From Centroscyllium fabricii (lineage: Eukaryota): a stretch of 64,000 nucleotides of DNA. The translations under genes were made by a program, and so were the position numbers. Within the stretch, counting starts at the first letter, position 1. The number at the start of each line of letters is the position of its first letter. This document shows positions 24,588 through 37,815 of this stretch, one piece after another. The notes beneath the pieces are model-generated. The model was given only the letters and a program-made list of their open reading frames with translations, ran no database searches and was not told the origin of the DNA. The DNA lies in contig JBNRSN020000005.1 in assembly GCA_051313645.2 (NCBI GenBank), positions 162,502,001-162,566,000 on the forward strand, in the 5' to 3' direction.

Positions 24588-27505
24588 ATGGAGTAGGGCA
24601 GGTTGCGGGCCTTGATAAAATGGAAGAACCGGGTGATGCCCGGGTGGCAGAGGTCGTTGTGGAGGGGCCGCAGTCGATCCACCTGCACGCTGGTGCATGT
24701 TCCCCGGGAGAGGGCGTCTGGGGGCTCGTTGAGCTTCCCGGGCCTGTACAAAATGTCGTAGTTGTAGGTGGAGAGTTCAATTCTCCACCTCAATATCTTG
24801 TCATTTTTGATTTTACCCCGCTGCTTGTTGCTGAACATAAAAGCAACTGAGCGCTGGTCAGTGAGCAGGGTAAACCGTTGACCGGCCAGATAATGCCTCC
24901 AGTGAAGCAAAGACGAGTAGTTTACCTTAACTAGAGGCTTTTATTCACTTTACAATGGAGCTACTCTCCAGTCGAACATTGAGTACAGAATGAATGGGGG
25001 CAGGTCAGACCCCACCTATAAGGCACTCACCTGAGGGGAGGAGTTAGAGGTGTGGCTGACCTGACCTCGCGACAGAATCGTTATACAAAACTATGTACAA
25101 TGCACCCAGCCACTATACATGCTGGTCTGTAGTGTGCTCAACTATTTACACTGGTAATTACGATTACCACAGCGCACAGCTTCCACTATGGCCTGGGCCT
25201 CCTTCTCGACAGAGGAGTGTCTAGTCTCGGGGCCTTGGAGGGTCCGGGAGAAGAAGGCCACGGGTCTGCCCACCTGGTTAAGGGTGACGGCCAGGGCAAA
25301 GTCGGACGCATTACTCTCCACCTGAAATGGGGCGGTTTCGTCCACCGCGTGCATGGTGGCCTTAGCGATGTCCCGTTTGATGCGGTCGAAGGCCATACGG
25401 GCCTCCGTCGTCAGGGGAAAGGAGGTGGACTTAAGGAGCGGGCGGGCCTTGTCCGCAAGGTTAGGGACCCACTGGGCGTAGTAGGAGAAGAAGCTCAGGC
25501 ATCTTCGCAGGGCCTTTTAGCAATGGGGGAGGGGGAGTTCCATGAGGGGGCGCATGCGGTCTGGGTCGGAACCAATGACCCCGTTTTCCACGACACAGCC
25601 AAGAATGGCAAGGCGTGTTGTGCGGAACATGCATTTCTCCTTGTTATAGGTGAGGTTAAGGAGTTGGGCCATGTGAAGGAATTTTTCCAGGTTGGCGTCA
25701 TGGTCCTGCAGGTCATGGCCGCAGATGGTCACGTTGTCTAGTAACGGGAACGTGCCCAGCAGCCCGTGCTGGTCAACCATACGGTCCATCTCCTGTTGGA
25801 AAACCAAGACGCCATTGGTGAAGTGGTAGAGGCGGCCGTTCGCCTCGAAGGCAGTATAGCGGCGGTCCGCGGGGCGGACGGGGAGTTGGTGTTAAGCCGA
25901 TTTCAGATCAATGGTGGAGAACACCTTGTACTGCGCAATCTGATTGACCATGTCGGATATGCGGGGGAGGGGGTACGCGTCCAACTGCGTAAAGCGGTTG
26001 ATGGTCTGGCTGTAGTCGATAACTAATCGGTTCTTTTCACCGGTCTTAACGAATACTTGGGCCCTCCAGGGGCTGGTGCTAGCCTCAATCACCCCCTCCT
26101 TCAGGAGCCGCTGTACCTCGGACTTGATGAAAGCCCTGTCCCCAGCACTGTATCTCCTGCTCTTAGTGGCTATGGGTTTACAGTCTGGGGTGAGGTTAGC
26201 GAACAGTGGGGGAGGGGCGACCTTGAGGGTCGAGAGGCTGCAGATGGCGCGCGGTGGGTGGTTTGAGGGCTTCTGGCTGCGGACAGTGAGGGGGGGGGAA
26301 GGGGCCCCCCGTACGCCATTGTAACACTATTAACGTGGGTTTGGAAGTCTAACCCCAGGAGGACGGCCGCGCAGAGGTTGAGTAGGACCAGGAGTTTGAA
26401 ATCCTTGTACACTGCGCCGCTCACCGACAGGGTTACCATGCAGTAACCGCCGACATCTGCGGTTTGGGATTTGGAAGCGAGGGAGATGCGCTGGTGCATG
26501 GGCCGAGTGGAGAGCGAGAAGCGGCGCATCGTATCGGGGTGGACAAAGCAAGCCGTGCTCCCCGAGTCAAATAGGCAGTTCATGGCGCAGCCGTTTACCT
26601 TAATGTCCATCATCGACTTTGTGAGGTGGTGGGGCCCAGACTGGTCCAAGGTAACGGAAGCCAGTACCGCGGCTGGTGGCTCATCGCAGTCAGTCGGGGA
26701 GCCGGGTCGGTCTGTGGCTGCAGGCATCCAAGATGTCTGCTCCCATGAGTCGCACATGGTGGGGGTTGTCCAAGATGGCCGCGAGGTCGGTTTGCATGCG
26801 GCACTGCTGGGCCTGGGGGACGACTTGCAGACGCTCGCGTAGTGTCCCTTCTTCTGGCAATGCGTGCACATAGCGTCCTTCGCCGGACAGCGCTGTCTGG
26901 AGTGCTTCACTTGGCTGCAGAAATAGCACTTCTGGCTCCGGGGTACTGCCGCGGTGGTCGGGCCGTTCACCGGGTGAGGCGAAGGTGGCGCGACGTAAGG
27001 CGTCGAGCCTGGCGTGTTCCACGCTGGCGGCTCCCGTGAGGTCCATGGGGTGGCCATGTGCGTGTACGACTCCATACTCCGATCAGCCCCTTCGAGTGCG
27101 AGTCCGATGTCTGTGGCCTTCTTCAGGGAGTTTCCCCAGTTCCAGCAGTCTCTTCCGGGTGTAGTCCGATTGTACACCGGCGACGATGGCGTCTCGGACT
27201 AGCAGCTCCCTGTGCTCAACAGCTAAGGCCGTTTCGCAGTTGCAGGCTCTGCTGAGCTCCGTCAGGGCCCGCACAAAGCCAGCGAAACTCTCCCCGGGCC
27301 GTTGTTTGTGAGTCAGCAGGAGGTGCCTGGCGTAAACCGTGTTAGTCGGCCGCTCGTACTGCTCCTTGAGGAGGGCCATCGCCAATGTGTAGGAGGTCCT
27401 TCCCTTGATGAGTTGGAACACCCGGTGATGGAGCCGTGACTGCAGAAGCAAGAGTTTCTGGGCATCCGTCTGGACAGTGCTGGCGGAGGTCGCCAGGAAT
27501 TCCTC
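24588..27505 (-). mobile_element. Ty3/Gypsy element B (YLDN family), truncated at both ends
   Basis: gag (CYFCSQVKHSRQRC, CTHCQKKGHYASVC), PR LFDSGS, RT (FPLLDNVTICG), RH, KIKNDKILRWRIE; integrase and own LTR pair missing. Confidence 0.9.
24903..25171 (-). mobile_element. Solo LTR of a related Gypsy inside the RNase H region of element B
   Basis: Splits EAVR|HWRHY; shares GGCTTTTA, CACCTATAA..GGGGAGGAGTTAGAGGTGTGGCTGACC and ..TACCACA with LTRs at 57313/61901; no clean TSD. Confidence 0.75.
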
Positions 27506-30500
27506 TGATACCGTATCAATGACCTCGGAGTCGAGAAGTTGCGAGGTGAATAAAGGCTTTTATTCGCTAAAGGCTGGGCATGCACCAGCTAGTCGACTGC
27601 TCCCGGAATGAATGGGGGGAGGGAGACAGTCACCTATATACCTGTCCTGGGAGGAGGAGTCACAGGCGGGGTTAACATGGGCATGCCCAGACAGGCAGTA
27701 CACACAGAACTATATACAGTATTACAGGCCATTGGTTATATACACATATATACACAAAGTGGTTTACCACATTCACCCCTTGTTAAAAAACAAAGTCCGG
27801 CGGGGCGAATGCAATGCAGTCCTTGAAGATTAAGCCTGTCGGGCGGCCTGGTCTGCCTCGTCGAGCGGCGCACCGCTGGTGGTGGAGTCGGCGGGCGCAC
27901 CGTTGGCGATGGAGTCGGCGACAGCGGGGGCGTTCGATCCGATGCTTGGCCCCTTGCGGTAACAATCAGGGACGCGTTCTCCCATTCGTCATCCGGCTGG
28001 CGGGTGCGTAGATTAGGGGGCCGTACTGTGCTTCCTGCAGGTGCTGGGTGGGCATACCGTGGTGCTGGTGCCTCGTGGGGAACGGCGTACCGTGGTGCTG
28101 GTGCCCCAAAGGTGGCGGTAGGCAGGGGGAGGGGTGCGGGCTGATGGGTCGTACTGGTCTCGGGGGCACCCGCGGGTGCCAGGTCCTTGATGAACACCGT
28201 ATCCTCCCTCCCATCGGGGTACGCCACGTAGGCGTACTGGGGGTTGGCGTGCAGGAGGTGGACCCGTTCGACCAGGGGGTCCGACTTATGGCCCCGGAGC
28301 AGGACGGGTCCTGGGGACGATAGCCATGACGGCAGCGAGGTCCCTGAAGCCGACTTCCTAGGGAAGGCAAAAAGTCACTCGTGAGGGGTGGCGTTAGTGG
28401 CCGTACATAACAGTGACCGAATGGAGTGGAGCGCTTCGGGGAGGACGTCCTGCCAGCGGGAGACTGGGAGGCCTTTAGACCGTAGGGCTAATAGGGTGGC
28501 CTTCCAGACGGTGGCGTTCTCCCTCTCTACCTATCCGTTCCCCCGGGGGTTATAGCTGGTAGTCCTGCTAGTAGCGATGCCCTTGGCTAGCACAAACTGA
28601 CGCAGCTCGTCACTCATAAAAGAGGCCCCCCGGTCGCTATGGATGTAGCTGGAGTAGCCGAACAGGGAGAAGATGCTGTGCAGTGCCCTGATGACCGTGG
28701 AGGAGGTCATGTCCGGGCAGGGGATGGCGAAGGGGAAACGCGAGTACTCGTCAATGATGTTTAAGAAGTACACGTTTCGGTTGGAGGAGTGGAGGGGCCC
28801 TTTAAAATCGACGCCAAGTCGCTCAAAGGGGCAGGTGGCCTTTATCAGGTGCGCCCGGTCTGGCCGAAAGAAGTGCGGCTTGCACTCCGCACAGACCTGG
28901 CAGTTCCTGGTCATGGTCTTGACCTCCTCGATGGAGTAGGGGAGGTTGCGGGACTTAACGAAATGGACCAACCTGGTGACCCCCGGGTGGCAGAGGTCGT
29001 TGTGCAGGGTCTGGAGATGGTCCACTTGTGCGCTGGCACATGTACCGCGGGACAGGGCATCTGGGGGTTCATTGAATTTCCTGGGCCGGTACAAGATATC
29101 GTAATTGAAAGCAGAGAGCTCAATTCTCCACCTCAGTATCTTGTCATTTTTGATTTTACCCCGCTCTTTGTTGTTGAACATGAACGCGACTGAGCGTTGG
29201 TCAGTCAGCAGGGTAAATCGCTTGCCGGCCAGGTAGCGCTTCCAGTGTCGCACTGCTTCAACAATGGCCTGGGCCTCCTTCTCAACGGAAGAGTGACGGG
29301 TCTCGGGGCCCTGGAGAGGGCGTGAGAAGGCGGCCACGGGTCTGCCCGCCTGGTTAAGGGTGGCGGCCAGGGCAAAGTCCGATGCATCGCTCTCTACTTG
29401 GAACGGGACGGCCTCGTCCACAGCGTGCATCGCGGCCTTTGCAATGTCTTCTTTTATGCCGCAGAAGGCCGTGCGGGCCTCGGCCGACAGGGGAAAGGTG
29501 GTTGATTTAAGCAGTGGGCGGGCTTTGTCCGCATAGTTGGGGACCCATTGGGCATAGTAAGAAAAGAACCCTAGGCACCTTTTCAGGGCCTTGAGGGAGT
29601 GGGGGAGGGGGAGGTCCAGGAGGGGGCGCATGCGGTCCGGGTCGGGACCGATGACCCCATTCTCCACAACACTGCCGAGGATGGCGAGGCGGGTTGTCCT
29701 GAACACATTTTTCCGTGTTATAGGTCAGGTTTAAAATTTTGGCGGTGTGGAGAAATTTCTGGAGGTTGGCGTCATGGTCCTGCTGGTTGTGGCCGCAGAT
29801 GGTCACATTATCGAGATACGGAAAGGTGGCCCGCAGTCCGTACTGATCAACCATTCGGTCCATTTCCCTTTGGAAGACCGAGACTCCGTTGGTGACGCCA
29901 AACGGAACCCTGAGGAAGTGATAGAGGCAGCCATCAGCCTCGAAGGCAGTATAGTGATGGTCCTCTGGGCAGATGGGGAGTTGGTGGTATGCGGACTTCA
30001 GATCGATGGTCGAGAAGACCCGAAACTGGGCGATCTGGTTCACCATGTCCGCTGTGCGGGGAAGGGGATACGCATCTAGCTGCGTAAACCGGTTGATGGT
30101 CTGACTGTAGTCCACAACCATCCGGTGTTTGGCTCCGGTCTTCACCACCACTACCTGCGCCCTCCAGGGGCAATTACTGGCTTCGATGACCCCCTCCTTC
30201 AGAAGCCACTTCACCTCAGACTTGATGAAGTCTCTGTCCCCGGTACTGTAGCGCCTACTTTTGGTGGCGACGGGCTTGCAGTCCGGGGTGAGGTTGGCGA
30301 AGAGCGAGGGGGGGGCGACCTTAAGGGTCGAGAGGCCACAGGTAGGGCGCTGTGGGTACTGCGGGGAGCGCTGGTTGCTGCCCGTGAGCGGGGGAAGGGG
30401 CCCACCGTACGCCATGGTAACGCTCTGGAGGTGGCACTGAAAATCGAGGCCCAGCAGTAAGGGAGCGCAGAGTTGCGGCAGCACGAATACTTTAAAATTA

Positions 30501-31988
30501 CTGAAGTGTACGCCCTGCACTGTCAGGGTCACTGCGCAGCGACCGCAGACGTCCGCAGATTCGGACTTAGACGCCATCGATATTTTTTGGCTAGCCGGCA
30601 TGACTTTAAGGGAGAAGCGCTTTACCGTATCTGGATGGATGAAGCTCGCCGTGCTCCCGCTGTCAAAAAGGCATTCTGTACTCTGCCCGTTCACCTGCAC
30701 CGTCATCATTGATCTGCTGAGTGGCTGACTCTTGTTCTGGTCGAGTGTGATGGAGGCCAGTATCGGGTCGGTCGAGAGGTCTGGGGCCTGGTCCCAAGAT
30801 GGCTGCCGCCACGCGGCGTGCTGTAGTGGAGATGGCTGTGTCCAAGATGGCGTCTGCTCCCATGCGGCGGGCTGTGGTGAAGATGGCTGTGTCCAAGATG
30901 GCTGCCCCCACGTGGCGCTGCCCGGTTTGGAGTGCGGTATTGCCGCTGCTCTGCAGACTTTAGCGAAATGTCCCTTCTTACCGCATTTCGAGCAGGCCAC
31001 GTCTTTCGCCGGGCAGTTTCGCCTGGGTTGTTGGACCTGGCCGCAGAAGTAGCATTTAGGCCCTCTCGAGTGCGTAGCCGCAGTCATCTCTTCCGCTGGT
31101 CGCGGCGCGGCCGGCTGTGCCCAAGATGGCGGCGCCGACGATGGGGCCGCGTGGTTGCCCGAGTAAGACGACAAGTTAAGGGACGCCAAGTCCAGCGCGT
31201 TCCCCAGGTCAGCTATCGCCTGCAGGTCCATACCGTTTTGCTCCAAGTGTCTTTGGCGGATATAATCGGACCTGAGGCCAGTCACGTAAGCGTCCCTGAT
31301 GAGACTGTCCGCGTGCACCTGGGCTGTCTGTGACTTACAGTTGCAGGCCTGGCAGAGGACTCTCAGCGCTCGTAGGAACTCCACGCTCGATTCCCCGGGT
31401 TGCTGCTTTCTGGTGTCCAGGAGGTGTCTGGTGTGGACGAGGTTCGGTGTCCGGTTATATTCAGCTTTTAGAATCCAGATCGCATCTAGGTAAGACGATG
31501 CATCCGCGATCATCGAGTAGACTTGGGGGCCCACCCGGGCGTTGAGAAGGCGCCGCTTGTCCTCCTCTGTCCTGACGACCGCCGCGTTTGCTTTGAGGAA
31601 CACGTCGAAACAGTCGAACCAGTGCGTGAAGGTATTGGAGGCGCCTGGTGTTTGGGGATCCAGTTCGAACGTCGCTGGTTTTAGCATGGACTCCATAGTT
31701 AAATTTAGCTAATAAAATTGTTACTGAATTAACGACCTCAGAGACGAGATATAACGAGGTGAAACAATAGGCTTTTATTTGCTAAAAGGTAGGCATGCAC
31801 CAGCTAGTCGACCGTTCCCAGAATGGCTGGGGGAAGGGAGACAGTCGCTTATGTACCTGGTCCTGGGAAGGAGGAGTCACAGGCGGGGCTAGCATGGGCA
31901 TGCCCAGGTAAGCAATATACAGAGAACTATGTGCAATATCACAGGCTGTTGGTTACACACACATATATATACAGAGTGGTTTACCACA
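27506..31988 (-). mobile_element. Ty3/Gypsy element C (YLDN family) with discordant LTRs
   Basis: LTRs 27506-27771 and 31719-31988, PPT AAGGGGTGAA; ORFs 29507-31696 and 28531-29706; flanks TCCTC/CAAAA do not match. Confidence 0.93.
28531..31696 (-). pseudogene. gag-pol of Gypsy C (frameshift near 29706, premature stop in integrase)
   Basis: MESMLKP.. gag, two CCHC, LFDSGS, FPYLDNVTICG, ESDAS, GVDFKGP, HSDRG; stop after NPRGNG. Confidence 0.92.
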
Positions 31989-32219
31989 CAAAATACTAAT
32001 AATTTCATGCTATGTTATTTTGGCTGCAGAAGTTTTCTCTTGTAAACACAGTCATAGCAATTGATAGTCTTACGCACAGAACGAGGCCATTTGGCCCATC
32101 GACTACGTGCTGGCTCTCTGTAGAGCAATCCAGTCAGTCCCACTCCCCCGCTCTAACCCCGTAGGCCTGCAAGTTTATTTCCCTCAAGTGCCTATCCAGT
32201 CTCCCCTTGAAAATATTGA

Positions 32220-32910
32220 GGCCCAGAAATTTGGGTCGGAGGCTTCCCGCAGGTGCAGGCCTCCGACCTGCACTTACCTAGTGCGCCGGCCGTTGTGCTG
32301 TGGGCCCTTGTGGCATTCCAATCCTGGGCCTGCTCCAACTGCCGGCGCGCAGTGCTTGCGTATCCTAGGGGCCCAGTTAGTTTGAAGCGTCCCCATGGAT
32401 CACGTGGGCAGTGGAGAGCCAATGGTAGCAGGGAATCTGTATTCATAGATTTGACAGGAAGAGGTTTCAAATCTATGAATACAATTCAGCCCCAAAACAT
32501 CGCTAAAACTTCAAATACATTTTTTTTAAATCACATTTTTAAAATAACTATAAATTACATAAAATAACTATTTTAAACATAAACTTACCTTTCTTTAAAG
32601 TATTTAAAAATAATAAACCTGTGGAAAAAATGTTATAATTTAACTTAATTCTCCACTTACCTTGTTAAAAGCAGGCCTTGCGATTGCTTTTTATAAGCGT
32701 AGCTGGTGGAGACGTACCCTCCCAGAGAAACCTGCAAAAAAAACAGGAGTTCCAGGCGCACGCGTTCGACCTGCAAACCCCTTCCTTTAAGGGAACGGAA
32801 GTTCCGGTTTCCCGCGCATGCGCAGTGTATACATGAAACCGGCACATTCGTTGGGCCTACACGTGAGTACCCAGCGTGTACTCACCCATGGAGACCTGAA
32901 GTTCTGGCCC
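32220..32910. mobile_element. Harbinger-type MITE
   Basis: Termini GGCCCAGAAATT / AAGTTCTGGCCC; related copy at 47784-48531. Confidence 0.75.
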
Positions 32911-33333
32911 CAAGTGTCTCCACTTCCATTGGCAGCGAATTCCAGGTCCTCACCATTCGCTGCATAAAAAAGATTTTCCTCATGTCCCCCCTGTATCTCT
33001 TGCCCAAAACCTTAAATCTGTGTCCCCTAGTCCTTGTACCATCAACTAGAGGGAATAGCCTTTACCTGTCTAGCCTATCCAAACCTGTCATAATCTTGTA
33101 CACCTCTACCAAATCACCCCTCAACCTCCTTTGCTCCAATGAAAACAAATCCAGCTTCTCCAACCTGTCTTTGTAGCTGAGATCCCCCACCCCCAAAACC
33201 ATTCTGGTAAATCTCTGAAGGGCCTTCACATTCTTCCTAAAGTGTGGTGATCAGAACTGGATGCAACACTCCAGTTGTGGTCTATCCAGCGATTTATAAA
33301 GATTCAGCATAACTTCTCTACTTTTGTACTCAA

Positions 33334-33599
33334 TGATAGGCCATCAATAATCCAAGCGAGAGGTTTAAGGACTTAAAGGTAGGCTTTTAATAACTAAGAA
33401 CTGTGGTGCATGTTCCCACGCTGAGTTCTCCAGGTCGAATGGCTCAAGCCGCTCTGGAGTCCTCCATATAACAAAAGACAAGGGCGGAGCCCGACATATA
33501 CAATAGACAAAGGTGGGCAGTACATACATTCCATACATTCCTAGCACAGGCAAGTCCAGGTGAAAAGCACAGTCTGATGAACATACATATTTCATCACA
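33334..33599 (-). mobile_element. Solo LTR (Gypsy YLDN-family-like)
   Basis: TGAT...CACA, TSD CTCAA (33329-33333, 33600-33604), contains GGCTTTTAATAACTAAGAAC like Gypsy A LTRs. Confidence 0.88.
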
Positions 33600-34199
33600 C
33601 TCAATACCTCTTTTTATGAAGCCCAAGATCCCATATGCTTTGCTAACCACGCTCTCAATATGTCCTGCCACCTTCAGGGACTCCCAGGTCCCTCTGTCCC
33701 TGCACACTCTTTAAAACTGTGCCATTAAGTGTATATTGCCTCTCCTTGTTCCTTCTGCCAAAATGCATCACCTCCCATTTCTGTATTAAATTCAATCTGC
33801 TGCTTGTCTGCCCATTCTGCTAGCCTTTCTATGTCCTGTTGCAGTCGAATGGTAGCATCCTCACTGTTTGCCACACCCCCAAGTTTGGTGTCATCAGAAA
33901 ATTTAGAAATTCTACTCTGTATTCCAATATCCAGGTCACTGATGTATATGTCAAAAAAAGTAGTGGCCCCAGCACTGACCCTTGGGGAACACCAGTGTCC
34001 ACCACCCTCCAGTCCGAAAAACAGCCATTCACCACAACTCGCTATTTTCTGTCCTTAAGCCAATCCCTTATTCAAGCTGCCAATGACCCACCTATTCCAT
34101 GAGCCTCAATTTTGTTAACCAGCCTTCTATGTGGTACTTTGTCACATTGTGTGATATGTACGATGATTTCTTTAGTAAAATAACACTGTAGCCAGTTAA

Positions 34200-34404
34200 A
34201 GTCACTTCTTATTTTTGTTGTTTATTTATAATGGGGTACAGAAACTATAAAATCGTATTAAAGAATCAAGAGAACATTAATTAAGAGTTCATGATTTTCT
34301 ACCTTGTAATTTGACAGACAATATAAATATAAAACACCTTCACCAAATCTCTCTCTCACTTTCTCTCTCTCTCTCATGTGTGTATATATATATATATGTA
34401 TATA

Positions 34405-34439
<35 letters not shown>

Positions 34440-36962
34440 TTAAACAAAACCAATACATGTAAGTGATACTTGTAAAACAGCCTGCTTTTTCAACAAACCT
34501 ACATAGCTAAGTATATAAGCAGCAGGACAGTCACCCAATATAAAACATAACAGCCATTTAAAGACAATATCTACCAGCAAACACAATTGAATTTGTTTTT
34601 TTCAAACTATATACCCGAGTTGCAGAATTTAGATAATTCCAATATTTTGACATTGCACTTCATTTTCTTGTGAAAGCAGCAATTCTATTACCCACTTGCA
34701 CCTGTTAGGTATATCAGTGGCACATTCAAAGGACCATTACAGTAGTACACAATACATTTTAGTAATACCACCTCACATATACGATACCATAATTGATATG
34801 TTGTAAAAGCTATTTTGTTTTAGAGGGTAAAAATGGCTTGCTGGAGAAGAATTCCTCAAAATGGCTGATAACATGAAATTGCATTCCCAGAAACAAATAT
34901 ATTCTTAGCAAGTCTGCAAGTATTACACAACCACACAGCCCTTAAGATAATTGATATGCCTTAAAACACATTTTGGTCTTAAATGATGTTATAGTACTAA
35001 ATACATATTTACATACAGTATTTCATCATGATATATTTCAGCATTTCTGTTCTGTCAGCAAGTGTTCATTTGCCTCTGTTGTGTAATGCTATGGACATTA
35101 TTGGAAAATCTGTCTGGGTCATTAATGCATGTCATCAGATAACAGCATTTGGCAAGAACGCTTTAAATACTTTTTAGATGCAGATTTGACCCCCCTCCCC
35201 GAGGCATTATATAATGAAATAAAATGGTGCACTATTAGCGACACTGAACTGCAAAGAATTTTTATTTTGCTTAATGTAGCATCATGAAAGATGTTCTTTT
35301 ACTTTACAGCTAAAGACATTGTCATATAAGATCTGGGATTGCTCAGTACTTTACAGGCTGACATGGACAATATTTTGATTGCCCAACATTTTCAAATTTT
35401 ACTCCAATAAGCACCATATGCTTAAAGTAAAATAATTCATTGGTCTGGAGTGATGTGCATTTTTATTTCACACATGTTGGTTCGACTACAAGAATCTTTG
35501 CTACAGTAGTTCCAAGCCTCAGCAAACTTTGTTGAATACTTTATTATCTGTAAATGATTAGACACAGATGTTCTACATTCCTGCACCAGTGTAATATAAC
35601 ATATAGTTTTTTGTTCACATTATGTGCTTAGAATATTAAATAAACTCCCTGATTCAACATTTCTCATCTTATTTATTTTCTTGTTTTGATGATTAAAATA
35701 CATTAGTTTCAGTGTGGATCCATTTTGTCCGTATCCTGTTCACATTATTGTATATTGCAAAGTAAGAAAACTAGTGGTGGTGTATGTGTTTTATATATAT
35801 TTTTAAACTCATGTCTATCAATATTCTCAACAAGGGTTTTCCCTTACCAACAAGTACCTGATAAAGATCTAGAGTAATCCTGGACAGTTCCAGGTGCTGG
35901 AAATAGCCAATTGCTTTCAGATTGATTCACTAGTATCAATTTTGGGAATACTATCAAAATACACGTTAACTTCATACTTTTCCTGACAAAATACCAGTAT
36001 TTTAGGCAGTCTAATGTTGATGGGCAGCACAATAACATCTCTAATGCAGTACAAACATGCAGTAATCCATTGTAAACTACAAGCCAGTTAGTTACTTCTG
36101 CAAGACCATGCAAAGAGATTTGTAATTAGAGGAACATTTAAATTAATGGTGAAACAATTTTCTGATCTGGAATTACTACGTTTAGTTTGGTGTGTAAACC
36201 ACTATTTACGTGATGTTTACCTTCATCTTGATCAATTCTGATATTTTGTGTTGTGCTAGCAGGGTCATAAGGTCTGGGTTTGGTTTTCTATTTTTGACAA
36301 GCAAGATCTTATATTTGTAACCGTATTTAGTCTCTGGATGCTCCAAATTGTGAGGAACATTGTATGTTGCAATCTTACATCAGTAGTTGTGGGCAGTGCG
36401 GAGGTCTGGTAGATAGATCATCATTGTTGCTGTCTATGTTATGACATGACTCTAGATCTAGACCTCTGAATATTTATTGGCAATGTGTGCAGATTTAGAT
36501 AATGATTACACAGGGTATGCAGACTTCTTGGCAAATGACAAAAGGTGATTGAAGTGTCCTAACTCGTTTAATGCTGTTTTCACTGTGTACATCATTTATA
36601 TTTCTGTGACCTCCTCCATGCTTTGATAGAGTAGCCATTGTCCATCCTATGGATATTAATTAAACAAAACAAAATCTTAACACTGTCAGCACGGCTTTAC
36701 TGACTTCCTCTACCAGAAGACGGTGATTAAAATAAAATTATTTGGACACATATTAAATAGAATCAACAACCTTTAAAGTGCGCATGACTTCAAAGCCAAT
36801 CATATCAGTGTATGCAGATCCTTTGATACTGAAAATTGCTGGCTACAAAAGATTTGTGAGGTAAGAAGAGATGGCAAAATTGTGGTTAGTATTGATAGTT
36901 AGGACATTACTATTCATCGTATGCCTGACTGATGTATTGGCCTCAGTCTGTTTCTGGGGGAG
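34200..36962 (-). other. Candidate long 3' UTR of the host gene
   Basis: AT-rich ~2.8 kb with no recognisable TE directly downstream of the stop codon; minus-strand AATAAA at 34221-34226; end position inferred. Confidence 0.5.
34347..34440. repeat. (CT)n-(TG)n-(TA)n compound microsatellite
   Basis: Seen directly. Confidence 0.95.
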
Positions 36963-37031
36963 TCAGACCACTGTTGCTGGTCTGCGAGCCATCTCTGCCT
37001 CCAGCTTCACCATCTGCCGCATCTCTTTTGC
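36963..37031 (-). CDS. Terminal coding exon of an unidentified host gene: AKEMRQMVKLEAEMARRPATVV*
   Basis: Acceptor TGTTTTCTCCCCCAG| at 37032, phase 0, GC3-rich codons against an AT-rich background, TGA at 36963-36965; ends in a class I PDZ-ligand-like T-V-V. Confidence 0.7.
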   Translation of the reverse strand, partial: AKEMRQMVKLEAEMARRPATVV

Positions 37032-37374
37032 CTGGGGGAGAAAACAGCATTATTCTATTTTACAGTTTTAAAATGGTGGGCTAAGAATGAATATACATAG
37101 TTCTTTTGGTTGTGACAAATCTGTCAAACGGTATTGCATGTTTTGGACATAGTAATATGATCATAACAGGAACTATTTCTAGCCAAAGGTTTTTTTTCCT
37201 TTTCAAGATTAGGATTCACAATATTATTTTCATAGTCAGTTGGATGCTAATATTTTTAGATGCTTCAGTTAGACAAACAACAGGTTTTTATTTTTAGATA
37301 GTTGTATTATTAGCTCAAAGTTTGAGTAATGTAATGAACCTTTAAAAATAAGTTGAAATAAAATGGGTTGGCTT

Positions 37375-37642
37375 TTTAAGACTGAGATGAGGAGGAATTT
37401 CTTCACTCAGTGGGTTGTGAATCTTTGAAATTCTCTGCCCCAAAGAGCTGTGGATGCTCAGTCGTTGAGTATATTCAAGGCTGAGATCGATAGATTTTTG
37501 GACTCTAAAAGAATCAAGGGATAAGGGGATAGTGCGGGAAAGTGGAGTTGAAATTGAAGATCAGCCGTGATCTTATTGAATGGCGGAGCAGGCTCGAGGG
37601 GCCGTATGTACTACTCCTGCTTCTATTTCTTATGTTCTTATG
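37375..37642 (+). mobile_element. CR1 LINE 3' end
   Basis: ACTGAGATGAGGAGGAATTTCTTCACTCAG.., GAATGGCGGAGCAGGCTCGAGG, tail CTTATGTTCTTATG. Confidence 0.9.
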
Positions 37643-37815
37643 TAAGTTCCTCTCAACCAATTACTATTTTAAAAAGTTGCATAATCAACAATAATGAAAC
37701 TTGCAGATATTCAGCATATATAAAAACAGGATGACTTTGACTAGAGTGCAAACTTCTGACTTGTTGTAAAGTTTGTTACAGTATAACAGAAACTTTAAAT
37801 AGAGATGGCGTCAAT

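Larger units (their letters stand above)
32060..34146 (-). mobile_element. CR1 LINE fragment interrupted by a MITE and a solo LTR
   Basis: [30 protein letters not shown]2 C-terminus and 3' UTR (GATGGGCCAAATGGCC) on the minus strand. Confidence 0.9.

Noticed and set aside
24470-24910. Apparent Gypsy RNase H-CR1 fusion protein
   Set aside because: Chance in-frame junction of two truncated elements.
23200-34146. Large inverted duplication between CR1 pieces at 23200-23773 and 33300-34146
   Set aside because: Many substitutions and different boundaries indicate independent copies of one subfamily.
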